Positions 51,800-64,000 of a stretch of 64,000 bases of DNA are shown piece after piece (the first letter of the stretch is position 1; each line of letters begins with the position of its first letter). Made by a program: the position numbers and the translations under genes. The notes beneath the pieces were generated by a model, which made no database searches, was not told the DNA's origin, and saw only the letters and a program-made list of their open reading frames with translations. The stretch is from Schmidtea nova (taxonomy: Eukaryota), in the NCBI GenBank assembly GCA_044892505.1, contig CM097884.1, positions 7,688,001-7,752,000 of the forward strand. The letters are read 5' to 3'.

Positions 51800-53250
51800 T
51801 AAATATCATATCTAGTTAATGCGAAGAGTTAATTGATACGTGGAACAATTTCCTTAGAGTGAAGAATTATTTCTTTAATATATAGAGTCAGTTGGTATCC
51901 AGTTAGTTGATTTAACTAGTTGATTGTAAATAGAATCAATTGATATTTAATAAGTAACTAGTCTGTTGTTGATTTATGAATAGATTTAGTTGGTTAATGT
52001 ATAGAACTAGTTGGTTAATGTAAAGAACTAGTTGGTTAACATGTAGAAGTAGTTGATTAATGTGTAAAACTACTTGGTAGGTAAGTATTGGTGATTTGTG
52101 AATAGATTTAGTTGGTTAATGAGAAGAAGTAGTTGGAAAGTAAGGTATTGGTTGATAGTTAGAGTGTTTAGTTAGTTAGTTGGTTAATATAATTGGTATG
52201 GTTGGTATAAGATTAATGAATAATATTTGTTGGTTAATGTGAAGAGTTAGGTTGTTGATGTATTGATGTAGTTGGTAAGCAAGGAATTAGTTGTTGGTTA
52301 GTGTGTATAGTTAGTTAGTTGATTAGTGTAGTTGGTTGATGATTTGTGAATAGAGTTGCTTGGTTAATGAGAAGAGTTAGTTGATTGATGAGAACAGCTA
52401 GTTTGTTGATGAGAAGAGTTAGTTGGTTGATGTATTGATGTAGTTGGTAAGCAAGAAATTAGTTGTTGATTAGTGTGTAGTTAGTTAGTTGATTAGTGTA
52501 GTTGGTTGGTGATTTGTGAATAGAGTTAGTTGGTTAATGAGAAGAGTTAGTTGGTTGATGAGAAGAATTAGTTGGATGATGTATAGAACTAGTTGGTAAG
52601 TAAGAGATTAGTTGTTGGTTAGTATGCATAGTTAGTTAGTTAGTTAATTAGTGTAGTTGGTTGGGGATTTGTGAATAGAGTTAGTTGGTATTTAAGAAGA
52701 GTTAGTTGGTTAATGAGAAGAATTAGTTGGTTGATGTATAGAAATAGTTGGCTGATGAGAAGAGTTAGTTAGTAAGTAAGAGATTATTTGTTGGTTAGTA
52801 TGTATAGTTAGTTAGTTGATTAGTGTAGTTGGTTGGGGATTTGTGAATAGAGTTAGATGGTTAATGTATAGAACTAGTTGGTAAGTAAGAGATTAGTTGC
52901 TGGTTAGTATGTATAGAGTGGGTAGTTGGTTGGTTGGTATATGATTAATGAAGAGAACCAATTGGTTGGTGTATAGAACTAGTTGGTTAACGTGTAGAAG
53001 TAGTAAGTAAGTAAAGAATTTGTCTGTTTGTTAACTAAGGAGATTGGATTAATTGATATCTAGTTAATAAGAAGAGATAATTGATTGACATATGGAACAA
53101 TTTTTCTAGTTGGTTAATATAGAGTCAGTCGGTAACTGGTAAGTAACTAGTTGGTTTTTGATTTGTGGATAGAGTCAGTTGGTATCTGATCATTAACTAG
53201 TCAGATGTTGATTTGTGTGTGTGTGTGTGTAATGAGAATATTAGTTAGTT
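51800..53250 (+). repeat. Strand-asymmetric complex satellite built from TAGTTGGT(T) units
   Basis: Dozens of tagttggt/tagttgat units, with the higher-order marker GATTTGTGAATAGA recurring every ~120-250 bp. Very few C on the + strand. Confidence 0.9.
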
Positions 53251-54125
53251 GATCGGTTTATTGTTGGTACTTAGATTGCTTGATAAGTGTTAATTATTAT
53301 TTTTATTATTATTATTAATATTATTATTTTACTTGTTCCCATATTTTCAATTATTACGTTTATTTTTAAAAATTTATGTCATTGATCAATATTGTTTAAC
53401 TTGGTATACAAAATTGTAACAACTCTTGTTTAATAACCACTTTTATTCTAAATAAATTTAATATTTACATGTGTTTTATTTACTACATTTATTTGTTGTT
53501 ATTTGATTATTTCCTTAAAAAGATCATATTGAAAAACATTTAGATTTGTATTTATTAGTTAAAAATTTTACTTGTGAAAAATATTTACTTTTGAAAAATA
53601 TTTACTTTGTATTTATTAATTAAAAAAATTTTACTTGTTGGTTAATGTTTAAAAAAAATTACATTGATTTTATTGTTAAAAATTTCTACATTGACTTCAT
53701 TTTTAAATTATGACATTAAAACTCACGCCTTTCTTAATTTACTTATTTTTTAAAAAAAATTATTTCTATTTATCTATTTATCTATTTATTCTATTTATCT
53801 TTAAATTCTTAATTTATTTTAAAAATTCTATCTTTAATTTATTTACTTTACCATTTTTCAAAAATCCATTACAAATTATTTTAAAATTCAAACTTTAATT
53901 TACTTATTATTTCCATGCTTTTTATTTGATGTACCATTTTATTTAATAAATTCAATACAAAAATATTGAGTGAATTATTTACTGAGTTTGGAAATTCATA
54001 TAGAAATTATTTACTTTTTTTATTTAATTATCATAAATTTATTTAGAATTAATTATTTAGTTTAAAATTTTTTTAAATATTTCCACGTTTTTTATGTACT
54101 TTACCCTTTTTTACTGAGACTGACA

Positions 54126-54170
54126 TTTCCTGTAGAAATTCCTGTAGAAATTCCTGTAGAAATTCCTGTA
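54126..54170 (+). repeat. (TTCCTGTAGAAA) x ~4 minisatellite
   Basis: Direct observation. Confidence 0.85.
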
Positions 54171-54187
54171 TATATATATATATCTAT

Positions 54188-54535
54188 AAGTGCAGTTATA
54201 GATAGCAACCGTACGTTAGTTACCGGAAATCCTGTTAGATTATGTACTGAAAATATAAAAGAAATTAAAAAGCTTATTACAGATGNNNNNNNNNNNNNNN
54301 NNNNNNNNNNNNNNNNNNNNNNNNNNNNNNNNNNNNNNNNNNNNNNNNNNNNNNNNNNNNNNNNNNNNNNNNNNNNNNNNNNNNNNNNNNNNNNNNNNNN
54401 NNNNNNNNNNNNNNNNNNNNNNNNNNNNNNNNNNNNNCATCTGTAATAAGCTTTTTAATTTCTTTTATATTTTCAGTACATAATCTAACAGGATTTCCGG
54501 TAACTAACGTACGGTTGCTATCTATAACTGCACTT
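54188..54535. repeat. Perfect ~98-bp inverted repeat flanking an N gap
   Basis: 54188-54285 is the reverse complement of 54438-54535. Confidence 0.85.
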
Positions 54536-54658
54536 GAGGCTACATATCTAAATACAGTGCATTTTGATAACAAATTATTAACAAATGCATTTAGTAAATC
54601 ACTTACCAATTTTAGCTACTTTTATTTCACAGAATAACCTTTAGTTTTTATCTATTAG

Positions 54659-55509
54659 TGTTAGAAATTTATTATTTTCATCATCTATGATCTTTTTTCT
54701 ATTTTTTCTATTTTTATCTTTTTAGACAATAAAGAATATAATTTTAAAAGTAATAATTAAATCATGGAAATTAATTTAAAATTTAGAAAATTTAAAAATA
54801 GAGATATAGCGGGAGAAATTGGTATGGGTGTATGCCGAATTGTGAGATGACTCCAAAAATTGTAAAATAAAATTAATGGAGGGTCCCCAGAAGAAAGGAA
54901 TTAAAAATTAATTAATTGGCTAATGGGAAACCCGAGTAGTGAGTGAAGCCGGGATGAGCAGCGAGATAAATAATTATCCCCGAGAAAATTAATTTAAAAG
55001 GAAACCCGTATAACATAGTTAACGGAGGGATAATTAATAGTTATTTTTTAAATTAAGTTAATTAGGAAATGGAAAGAGACCACCTGACAGTTTTATCAGA
55101 TAATGGAAATTCATCAAATGAGCAGTATAAAAAGTAGAACTAAACCCCAGAGTTTGCAAGAGTGGTCGAAGACAAAAAGGTGAGTAAATTATTATCAATC
55201 GAGAAAACATAGTTAAATTAGTTAAAAAGAAAAGTTAAACGAATTTGAAGTCGAATTTATTTTTCACAGCGTACCAGAAAGGAAGACCTTCCTTAGGGAG
55301 ATTTATCCCTGCGTGAAATTGTTAAAACAGTTAAAAAGTTGTTGAAAATTTTTATTACAGAGACTTGTTTTTGTCAGAAATTGTATCAAAGATTTTTATT
55401 ATTTCTAGTTTCGAATAAATTTTTCTGTGTTGTGTTATTTTCTTGAATCAATCTTTAAAACACTAAGGAGTCAGATAAACCGTACCAATTAATCGATAAA
55501 AACCCAACA
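54659..55509 (+). mobile_element. Possible solo LTR
   Basis: TGTT...AACA ends, TATAAAA at ~55126, GT-AG intron-like segment and AATAAA at ~55414. The TSD does not match well. Confidence 0.3.
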
Positions 55510-56158
55510 ATTGAAAAAAATATTTTTTTCTTCTATTCAATATAAATCGTCGGTACTGTCTTTTACAATAGTTGATTCTTTAAAATGATAATAAATTAAA
55601 CATTTTACTATCAAGCTTTAATAATTAAATAATTAATATTTAATATTTAATAATTAAATTATATAATTAACATAATCAAACTAAAATAAATCACTAATGA
55701 AATATAGAAATTCATTTAGCTGTACTTGAAAAAGTAGTTTTCTTAATGCATAAAATAATAAATAATTCTTTTCGATTTTTTAGACTAAAATATTTTTTTT
55801 ATGAATTATAAAAAAAATGTACGATTATGTTACAACGTTAAAAATTTTTTTGAGCCACCTCTGGTTTTATATTAAATAAAATAAATACATTTTGCAAGTT
55901 TATCTCAATACTTTATAGTTCGATTTATTTATTTATTTTCAAGATTATCATTAAAGTTAACACGAGATTTAAGGGACTCGTTTTGTAAAGGAAAAATATG
56001 ATAATAATATTTCTGGTGAAATGAAAAAAGGATAATTAACTAATGGATGCGCCGTGTTGATTTAAGGGAGAATTGATTTTGAAAAGTTAAAAAGAAAATA
56101 CAGAAAAAAAAATGAAATACAATTTTATTTCTCCTCTATAATTGGGTTGCATTTTCAG

Positions 56159-56342
56159 ACAGTCGAGCTACTGAGTGGCATGAACGGCTATATGGTTGTG
56201 TACGCAATAGACAATATGTCATCGTTTATCTACACCAAGCATATTCTTACAGATCTCGTGGAAAAGGCCAGCAGAGACAGCGTTATAGCATTAGTTGGCA
56301 ACAAAATTGATTTGGAGAGATGTAGAGAGGTTTCTAGAGAAT
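56159..56342 (+). CDS. Internal exon of an RGK/Ras-like small GTPase (G4 motif)
   Basis: TTTTCAG acceptor and GTGAG donor. Encodes GYMVVYAIDNMSSF...IALVGNKIDLERCREVS, similar to RGK IILVGNKSDLVRCREVS. Confidence 0.85.
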
Positions 56343-57015
56343 GTGAGAGTTTGTTTTTGCAAATATTTGATTAAGTTTCATATTATTAAAAGTTTACAAT
56401 AATTCATTATTCAAATATCGAATATTTATCTTTGATGTTTCCATTATCGGGTGTGATAATGGATTTTCACTTTCAGGTTTTGACAGGTGTTCCAAGCATT
56501 ATTTGTCCTTTTCTCCGGGAATCGATAGTTTGTTTTGTTATTTATAGAATTAGACTTTCTCGATATTTTCTGCGAGTTTTTATTAAATGTTTTTATTGGA
56601 TGTAAAATCTGATTTCAGAGTAATTCCAATGATCGCATTGATAAATTTGATGCGGTGAATTTTTAAACAAAGTGAATAGTGGCTTGCTTCTAAAAAAAGC
56701 GTGAATAAAAAGTGATCATTTCAATATCAATGTTCGTATTTATTCAGGATGGAGCATCTGAATTGCATTTTCTTTATATAAATTTCTTAGCAAATGTGAA
56801 ATTTTCATCTTTCTTTAACTTCTTTTAAAGAGCTTAATAAGATCTTTATTTTAATACCAAATATCAATAGGTCAATAAATAATTAATAAATAAAAATAAA
56901 TAATTAATTATTTAATAGTTATTTAATAATTATATAATAATTATTTAATAATTATTTAATGATTATTTAATAATTGTATAATAATTATAAAATAATAATT
57001 TAATAGTTATTTAAC

Positions 57016-57078
<63 letters not shown>

Positions 57079-57529
57079 TAATAATTATTAATAATTATTA
57101 ATAATTATTGATAATTAATAATAATTATAATAATTATAATAATAATAATAATAATAATTATAATAATTATAATTAATTAATTATTATAATAATTATTAAT
57201 AATTAATAATTATAATTATAATAATAATTATNNNNNNNNNNNNNNNNNNNNNNNNNNNNNNNNNNNNNNNNNNNNNNNNNNNNNNNNNNNNNNNNNNNNN
57301 NNNNNNNNNNNNNNNNNNNNNNNNNNNNNNNNNNNNNNNNNNNNNNNNNNNNNNNNNNNNNNNNNNNNNNNNNNNNNNNNNNNNNNNNNNNNNNNNNNNN
57401 NNNNNNNNNNNNNNNNNNNNNNNNNNNNNNNNNNNNNNNNNNNNNNNNNNNNNNNNNNNNNNNNNNNNNNNNNNNNNNNNNNNNNNNNNNNNNNNNNNNN
57501 TTAATAATTAATAATTATATATATATTTT

Positions 57530-58356
57530 ATGGACAAGACGCTAAAAAACAACCAGAACACAATAGCTTATTTGGACGACATCCTCATAGCAAGCCCAAA
57601 CAAAACTACTCACTTAAAAGACATCGAAAAGGTGTTTGAAACGCTGAACTCCGCAAATCTCAAAATAAACATTCAAAAATGCGAATTTTTGAAAAAAGAG
57701 ATTAATTTTCTGGGTCACACACTGGATGAAAAAGGCACGAAACCAATAGATAAGAAAATAAGCACGATACAAGAGTTCAAATTACCGAACACAAATAGAG
57801 AGCTAAGACGATTCTTAGGGATGGTAAACTTTTACCATGCGTACATCCCGAACTGTAGTGAATTGTTAGCTCCATTAAACGACCTAATCAAGACAAGAAG
57901 AAACATCAAAATAAACTGGACCGAACAAACTACCAAACAGTTCGAAAAAGCAAAAACAAGCTTATCCCGAGCAACATTACTCGGATATCCAAACCCAGAA
58001 CTTGACTACAACCTAGCAACAGACTGCTCTGGATACGCAATGGGCGCAACCCTATACCAAGATAATGAATACGGCAAACAACCAATCGGGTTTTTCTCAA
58101 AAAAACTAAAGACGCACCAAACACGATACTCAACTTTTGATCGAGAACTACTCGCGATACATGAAGCCATCAAACACTTCCAACACTTACTGGAAGCAAG
58201 AAATTTCAAAGTATTTACGGACCACAAACCGTTAACAAACGCGATACAAATGAAAAACCCATCGCCGCGACAAATAAGACAATTAAATTACATATCACAA
58301 TTTAATTGCACAATTAACTACGTCGCTGGGACAGCAAACATCGCAGCAGATACTCT
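57530..58356 (+). mobile_element. Ty3/gypsy pol fragment (RT C-terminus + RNase H)
   Basis: Motifs YLDDILI, FLGH, LRRFLG, TDCS, RELLAI, TDHKPL and NIAAD. No LTRs visible. Confidence 0.9.
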
Positions 58357-58635
58357 GTATATATGTATGTATATATATTCATCTTTTCTTTACTTTTTTA
58401 AAGATTTTAATTAGACCTTTTTTAAACCAAATATCAATAGTTTATTAAATAATTAATAAATAGCAAAATATATCCTTGCTGTAAACTTTTAATTAATTAT
58501 TTAATAATTATATAATAATTATATAATAATTATATAATAATTATTTTATAATATTATAATATTTTTCTAATAATTATTTAATGATTATTTAATAATTAAA
58601 TAATAATTATTTAATAATTGTTTAATAGTTATTTA

Positions 58636-58680
<45 letters not shown>

Positions 58681-58683
<3 letters not shown>

Positions 58684-61600
58684 TGGCGGATTTAAGGGGG
58701 CACCATGGGCTAGTGCCCTCCCCTGAAAACTGATATGCTAAATTATTTTAGTATACAACATTAAATGTTGAAATTTTCATATATGTACTTTTTATTTTTT
58801 ATGAAATTTTCATATACTTTTCACTACAGTTTTCGTATATTTACAATATTATTTTAATGATAAACAATACGATTTCCATTTTCCATTAAGTTTCGCATTT
58901 TCCTTAAAAATCGTAACGAGACAACCCACTGAAAAATTGTTTATAGCGAGAAAGTGGCTGTTAAGTTATTGACAAGTTGACATTTCATTGACAATTGACA
59001 TACATTTATTATTATGCAAATTATGGTGTAATTCAAATTGGATTAATTGTACTCGTTGTAATTCAATATTCAAATTGGATTTAGCATTTTAAAAGTAGTT
59101 CAGGGATTCAAATTGTATTTATCAGATTAAAGGTATTTCGTATTTCGTATTTTTATATATTTTCAAATTAGTACTATTTTTTTCTAAATGTTTTTTTTAT
59201 CAAAAAAATCAAGTTAACCAGCCAACAGAATGTCAAAACGACCAAACAAAACACTACACTATTATTTTTCAAAAAAAAAGTAATATAGAGTAATTCAAAT
59301 TCAAACAATGCTGAATCTGCTATTGCTGTTGATGAAAATGATTGTAATACCAGTAAAATCGGAATACAAATCCAAACGAATTGTGAAAGACTTAATGAAT
59401 CAGAAAGTAGCAATATGCAAATCAATTATGAACTTATTTGTGATGATATTGGTTCGTTTAATGCAAAAAATATTAGTGATGATAAACAAAAATATGATTT
59501 ACTTGTAAATCATTGGGTACCGGAAGATGATTTCTAATATCCCTTTTCCGAAAGTAACCAAAACGGAAAAACAAAAAAACGATTTAAAAAAAAATCTCAC
59601 TTGAATGCGTTTAAACCTTGGTTGGTGCTGTCTAAATCAAAAATGGGATTATTCTGTGTATACTGTGCTATTTTTGCACCTGAGGAAGTTCAGAGAAATT
59701 CTTTGAATATTCTTTTAAGAAAGCCCTTAACTAATTTTAAAATACTCTTAGGAGAGAAAAATAGCATATTAAATAATCATGTTAAAGCCGGTTATCATAA
59801 AACGTCAATGCTATCTGGACAATCTTTCATAGATAATTATATCGCTCCAACAAGAAAGATTTGTAATATAATTGATTCAGTCAGAGTTCGCCAAATAAAA
59901 GAAAATCGTAATATATTAAAATAAAATGGTTGAAACAGTGATTTTATTGGGTCACCAAAACATTTCATTTCGAGGACGTCGTGATGATGGTTCAATATTT
60001 CAAAATAATGAATTTGATACAGAAAAAAATAGTATTCACAATATTGGAAATTTTAAATCAATACTCAAGTATAGAGCAGATTATGGTGATGAAAATTTGA
60101 AATCTCACCTTCAAAGTCAGCAAAGAAATGCATTATACATTTCCAAAACCATTCAAAATGATTTAATTAAGTGTTGTGGCGAGGAAATATCACATTATAT
60201 TATCGAAAAAGTTAAAAAATCAAAATATTATTCAATATTATTCGATGAAACAACAGATATTTCGAATATCTCACAAATGAGTTTGATAATTCGTTATATA
60301 CATGATGGTTTTGTTCACGAAGATTTTATTTGTTTCATTGATTTATATTCATTCATATATTCACTTGAAAGTCAAAATGTTGAACCAGTACTATCTGGCG
60401 AAAAAATTGGTGAAGTTGTATGTGATATTATCACTAACAAATTATCTTTAGATTTGTCAAATTGTGTTTCCATCTAAACTGATGGATGTAGCGTGATGAG
60501 TTCCAAGAAACGTGGTGCTGTAGCTTACATTCAAAGGCATGCAAAAGATTTCATATGGGCTCCGTGTTTCAACCACAGTTTAAACTTAACTATAAGCCGA
60601 GTCAATGAAATACCAGCAATCCGAAATTGCTTCGGCAAAATATCGGAAGTAGTAAATTTCATTAATGGGTCATCCAAACGTAGTTTTATAGTAAAGAAAA
60701 TTATGAATCATAAATTAAAGCCATTATGTGATACTCGGTGGAATGAACGCCACGAAAGCGTAAAATTGTTCTTAAATGAAATATTAAAAATTTGTGAAAT
60801 TTTGTGTATTATTAGTAATTGGGAAGACCAAACTGCTTCTATGAAAGCTGATTTACTTTCAAAGGGAATTTTATGCACGGAGTTTATAGTTTCATACATT
60901 GTGTAGTTTTTTTTCTTATACATATCCGTTGAGCATTATTTTTCAAAGAAAAACTTATAATTATTTTGATGTTTCCGAAAAAATTAAAAGTCTAATAAAA
61001 TATTTTGACAGAAAAAAGAAATGATGTTGATAAAATTTTCGATGATATTTGGAAGGACATAGAAAGTACAGCAATTAAAATTGATATTGAGTTAATTAAG
61101 CCGAGAATTTCTAAAAGACAGCAACATCGCGATAATTACGAGACGGATTCTGTTAAAGAATTTTACAAAATTTCAATTTTGATACCAATGGTGGACGAAA
61201 TATTAGTTGATATAAAAACAAGGTTCAATTCCTCATGTGTTCAAATTTTGGACTGCGCGCTGCTTATGCCAAAAAACATTATAGACATCAATCATTTTAA
61301 CAGGCTTATTGAATCCGAATACATTTTAAAATTATGTGTATGTGGCAACAAACACATTGCTGCTCAAATTGAACTGTGGAGAAATAAATGGCTGCAGAAA
61401 TCGGCCAATGAACTGGATGACGTTACTATAAATGATATTTTAAAAACGAAAATAATCTAGACACATTTCCTGATGTATTGAACTTATTGAAGATTTGTTT
61501 TACTATTCATATTTCTGTCACCACAGCAGAGCGAAGTTTTTCTATGTTGCGAAGACTGAAAACCTGGTTGAGAAATTCTATGGGAGAAGATCGCTTAACT

Positions 61601-61820
61601 GGCTTAGCTCTTTTACATAGTCATCACGACATTACAGTTTCTATTGAAAAAGTTATTGACAGATTCTCAATGATGAAAAATAGGCGAAAACAGTTTTTAT
61701 TGTAAAAAAATTTTCTTTTGTATTTTATTAATTCTTTACAAATACTTACTTAAAATATAAATATAAATATTTTTTTTTGTAAAGTGCCCCTCCCATAAAT
61801 TATTTCTAGATCCGCCTATG
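58681..61820 (+). mobile_element. Full-length hAT transposon (Tip100/Zaphod, THAP12/ZMYM1-like) inserted in (TA)n
   Basis: TIRs CACTGGCGGATTTA / TAGATCCGCCTATG, subterminal GTGCCC(C)TCCC, flanks TATATATG / TATATATA. Confidence 0.9.
59188..61705 (+). pseudogene. hAT transposase with stops and frameshifts
   Basis: Motifs FCVYC, FRG.RDD, YISKTIQNDLI, FDETTDIS, C.NHSLNL, LCDTRW and AERSFS.LRRLKTWLR.SMGEDRL (dimerisation domain). Confidence 0.9.
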
Positions 61821-61832
61821 TATATATATATA

Positions 61833-62659
61833 CAGTAAACCCTCCAACTGCGCGGTAGATACGTTCCACAAAAACAACGCGCAAACCAAAACCGCGCACT
61901 GTGAACCCGATTTTATATGTAATTATGGGGTTAGGTTCCAGATATTACAGAAATATTAAAAAATATAATAAAAAGTCTTTATTCAACGACTAATATACAT
62001 ATTTACATTTATATAAACATAAAAACTAATAAAAACAGTCTCAATTCATTAATTTTACATAATTAATATTACTATTATAAAAATTAATAAAAATTTAACA
62101 TAAATAAAAATTATAAAAAACAATACAAGAACTAAAAAACAGTTTCAATTCAACGACTAAACATAAATAAAAATTAACATAAGTAACGTTATATTAATCA
62201 CTGCTACATGCTGATGAGCTTGATTATATTGGCTGTGATTGTATATTTTTTGGAAAAAAGCTTGTTAACACTGATTTTTTTGAATTTAATATGTACTAAT
62301 ATATTTTTAATTAAATAAACACTTGTATAAATATCTATTAATTAAAACTATGTAATTTTACATCCTAATCCTAACCACATCACTAGAAAAATGAAACTGC
62401 CTTTATTATTTTTATAAAAAAAATACAGTGCATCGAAATACGATGAATCACTATTTTCACTACCATATGTATTCGTAGTTTTACGGGATTCACCATAAAA
62501 AATTAAATTGACATGATTTTTTTTGTTGAAATAGACAAAAACAAAAAAGAACCGCGCAGCTACGAAATTTTAAGCGCGCAGATCGAAAATTTGGTATTAA
62601 AGGTTTGGCCGCGCAATTGCGAAACCGCGCAATGAAAAACCGCGCAGTTGGAGGGTTTA

Positions 62660-62662
<3 letters not shown>
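61833..62662. mobile_element. Tigger-type non-autonomous element (830 bp)
   Basis: Perfect 23-bp TIR CAGTAAACCCTCCAACTGCGCGG, TA flanks and subterminal CCGCGCA repeats. Confidence 0.92.
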
Positions 62663-62713
<51 letters not shown>

Positions 62714-62989
62714 GTCTTTACTCTTTTAAAAAACTTAATTAGACCTTTTTTATACCAAATGTCGATAGATTATTAAATAATTAATAATTTTAAAAATATG
62801 ACCGTGCTGTAAAATTTTAATTAATTATTTTTATATAATTATTACTGCCATAAAACCACCATTTTATATTAACAATAGATTATTGATAAAATTAAAGAAG
62901 GCAATGCATTACTGTTTTTATATGTATTTGAAGAAATGTTTTGACGAAAAAACCACCTGAAAAATCAAACTTATCTAATTGTCATTTTC

Positions 62990-63758
62990 TTTTTAAAATA
63001 CCTGCAGCTGATCTGACAAAATACCCGTAAAGAGTTTGTGTCATTTATAGGAACTCGGGTGTCAAGAAAAGGACCAGTTTTATATGCACAAAGTGCGAAG
63101 TTGGATTGCGTGTATCAAAGCGTTTCATATCAAAACTAACATTTAATTAATAAAATATAATCAAAAGTTCAAACTTTTTGAACTTTTATTTTTTCTTAAA
63201 AGCCCGCCTGGATAGTGCTAAAGACAATGTTGGAAATCGTCTAAATTTGGAATATTTTTACAAGGTTTAATTGTAATTTTGTCTTTTAATTTTATGAAAG
63301 ATTCTTAAACACAAGTCTTTCAAATCTTTTTCTAGCAGCTCTTATGGGATAATGGAATTATTTTATTACTCTAAAATCGTGTCGATAAGAATTTTGTTGA
63401 GATTTTTAACAAACTTTACAAATTTAATACACGTGATGCTTATCTAAGAAAAAAGGATGATCGCAGAAAAGACTTACAGGGACTTATCTATATGATTTTA
63501 GCGTAATTTGATTCAGTAAATTGGTTTAATGTTTTAGCGTACTGTCGATAAATTTCTGTTCCTAATATCATTTATTAGTAACATGTACAACATTTATGGA
63601 AGTTATAGGGAATTAAGTGCTTGTTTTTTTATTTGTTTATTAGGTAAACTAACAGGACTTACTTCATAAACAACCGCGTCATATTGCACGCGCGCTTTTG
63701 ATATTCATTATAATTTATCTGCGCTTTTCCTGACAGAAACCGCAAATATTCACACGGG
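62990..63758 (+). mobile_element. piggyBac 3' remnant
   Basis: Cys-rich C-terminal relic RVCVI..SGVKKRTSFICTKCEVGL and the end CACACGGG|TTAA. Confidence 0.6.
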
Positions 63759-64000
63759 TTAAATATTTACTTCAACGTAGATTTATACTTGAAACTGAAT
63801 ATTGTAATGAATTACTTTAATTAAGCTAAATGAAACGGATTTTTTCCAAAGGATTTTGTTTCGTTATTTTTAACCTGAACTCTGTTGAACTGGATATGTT
63901 CTGGAAAAAATAGGCCCTTTTGAAAATGTTGGTTGAGTACTTTTAAACTCAATAAAAACATGATTTAGAATAGCGATTCCAAAACTTTTAAGAGCCACCT

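Noticed and set aside
51800-53250. Interstitial telomere
   Set aside because: The units are TAGTTGGT-like, not TTAGGG or TTAGG arrays.
54188-54535. Perfect inverted repeat as a biological fold-back element
   Set aside because: The arms are identical and both end exactly at a scaffold gap, so an assembly artefact is at least as likely.

Overview
Very AT-rich, gap-containing eukaryotic (animal) genomic DNA dominated by transposable elements. The 46-47 bp introns, extreme AT content and TE repertoire would fit a flatworm/planarian-type genome, but that is inference only. Two exons (14802-14908 and 56159-56342) appear to belong to one RGK/Ras-like small GTPase gene, which would make most of the window a ~41 kb intron. 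The window holds several hAT elements (some nested), Tigger/pogo, Tc1/IS630-like and piggyBac relics, a Penelope-like retroelement with variant hammerhead-ribozyme motifs, three Ty3/gypsy LTR elements plus a pol fragment, an actin pseudogene, a chimeric HSP70-RPL18a-histone H2B cassette, satellites and a small antisense three-exon gene. The most unusual object is a young Ty3/gypsy element (15908-21440). Its Gag starts with a 74-aa ubiquitin/FUBI-like domain ending in RxLGG. It also has an extra LTR-initiated ORF (hydrophobic segment plus Ig-like motifs) upstream of gag. A diverged second copy (~25540-27063) keeps both features.
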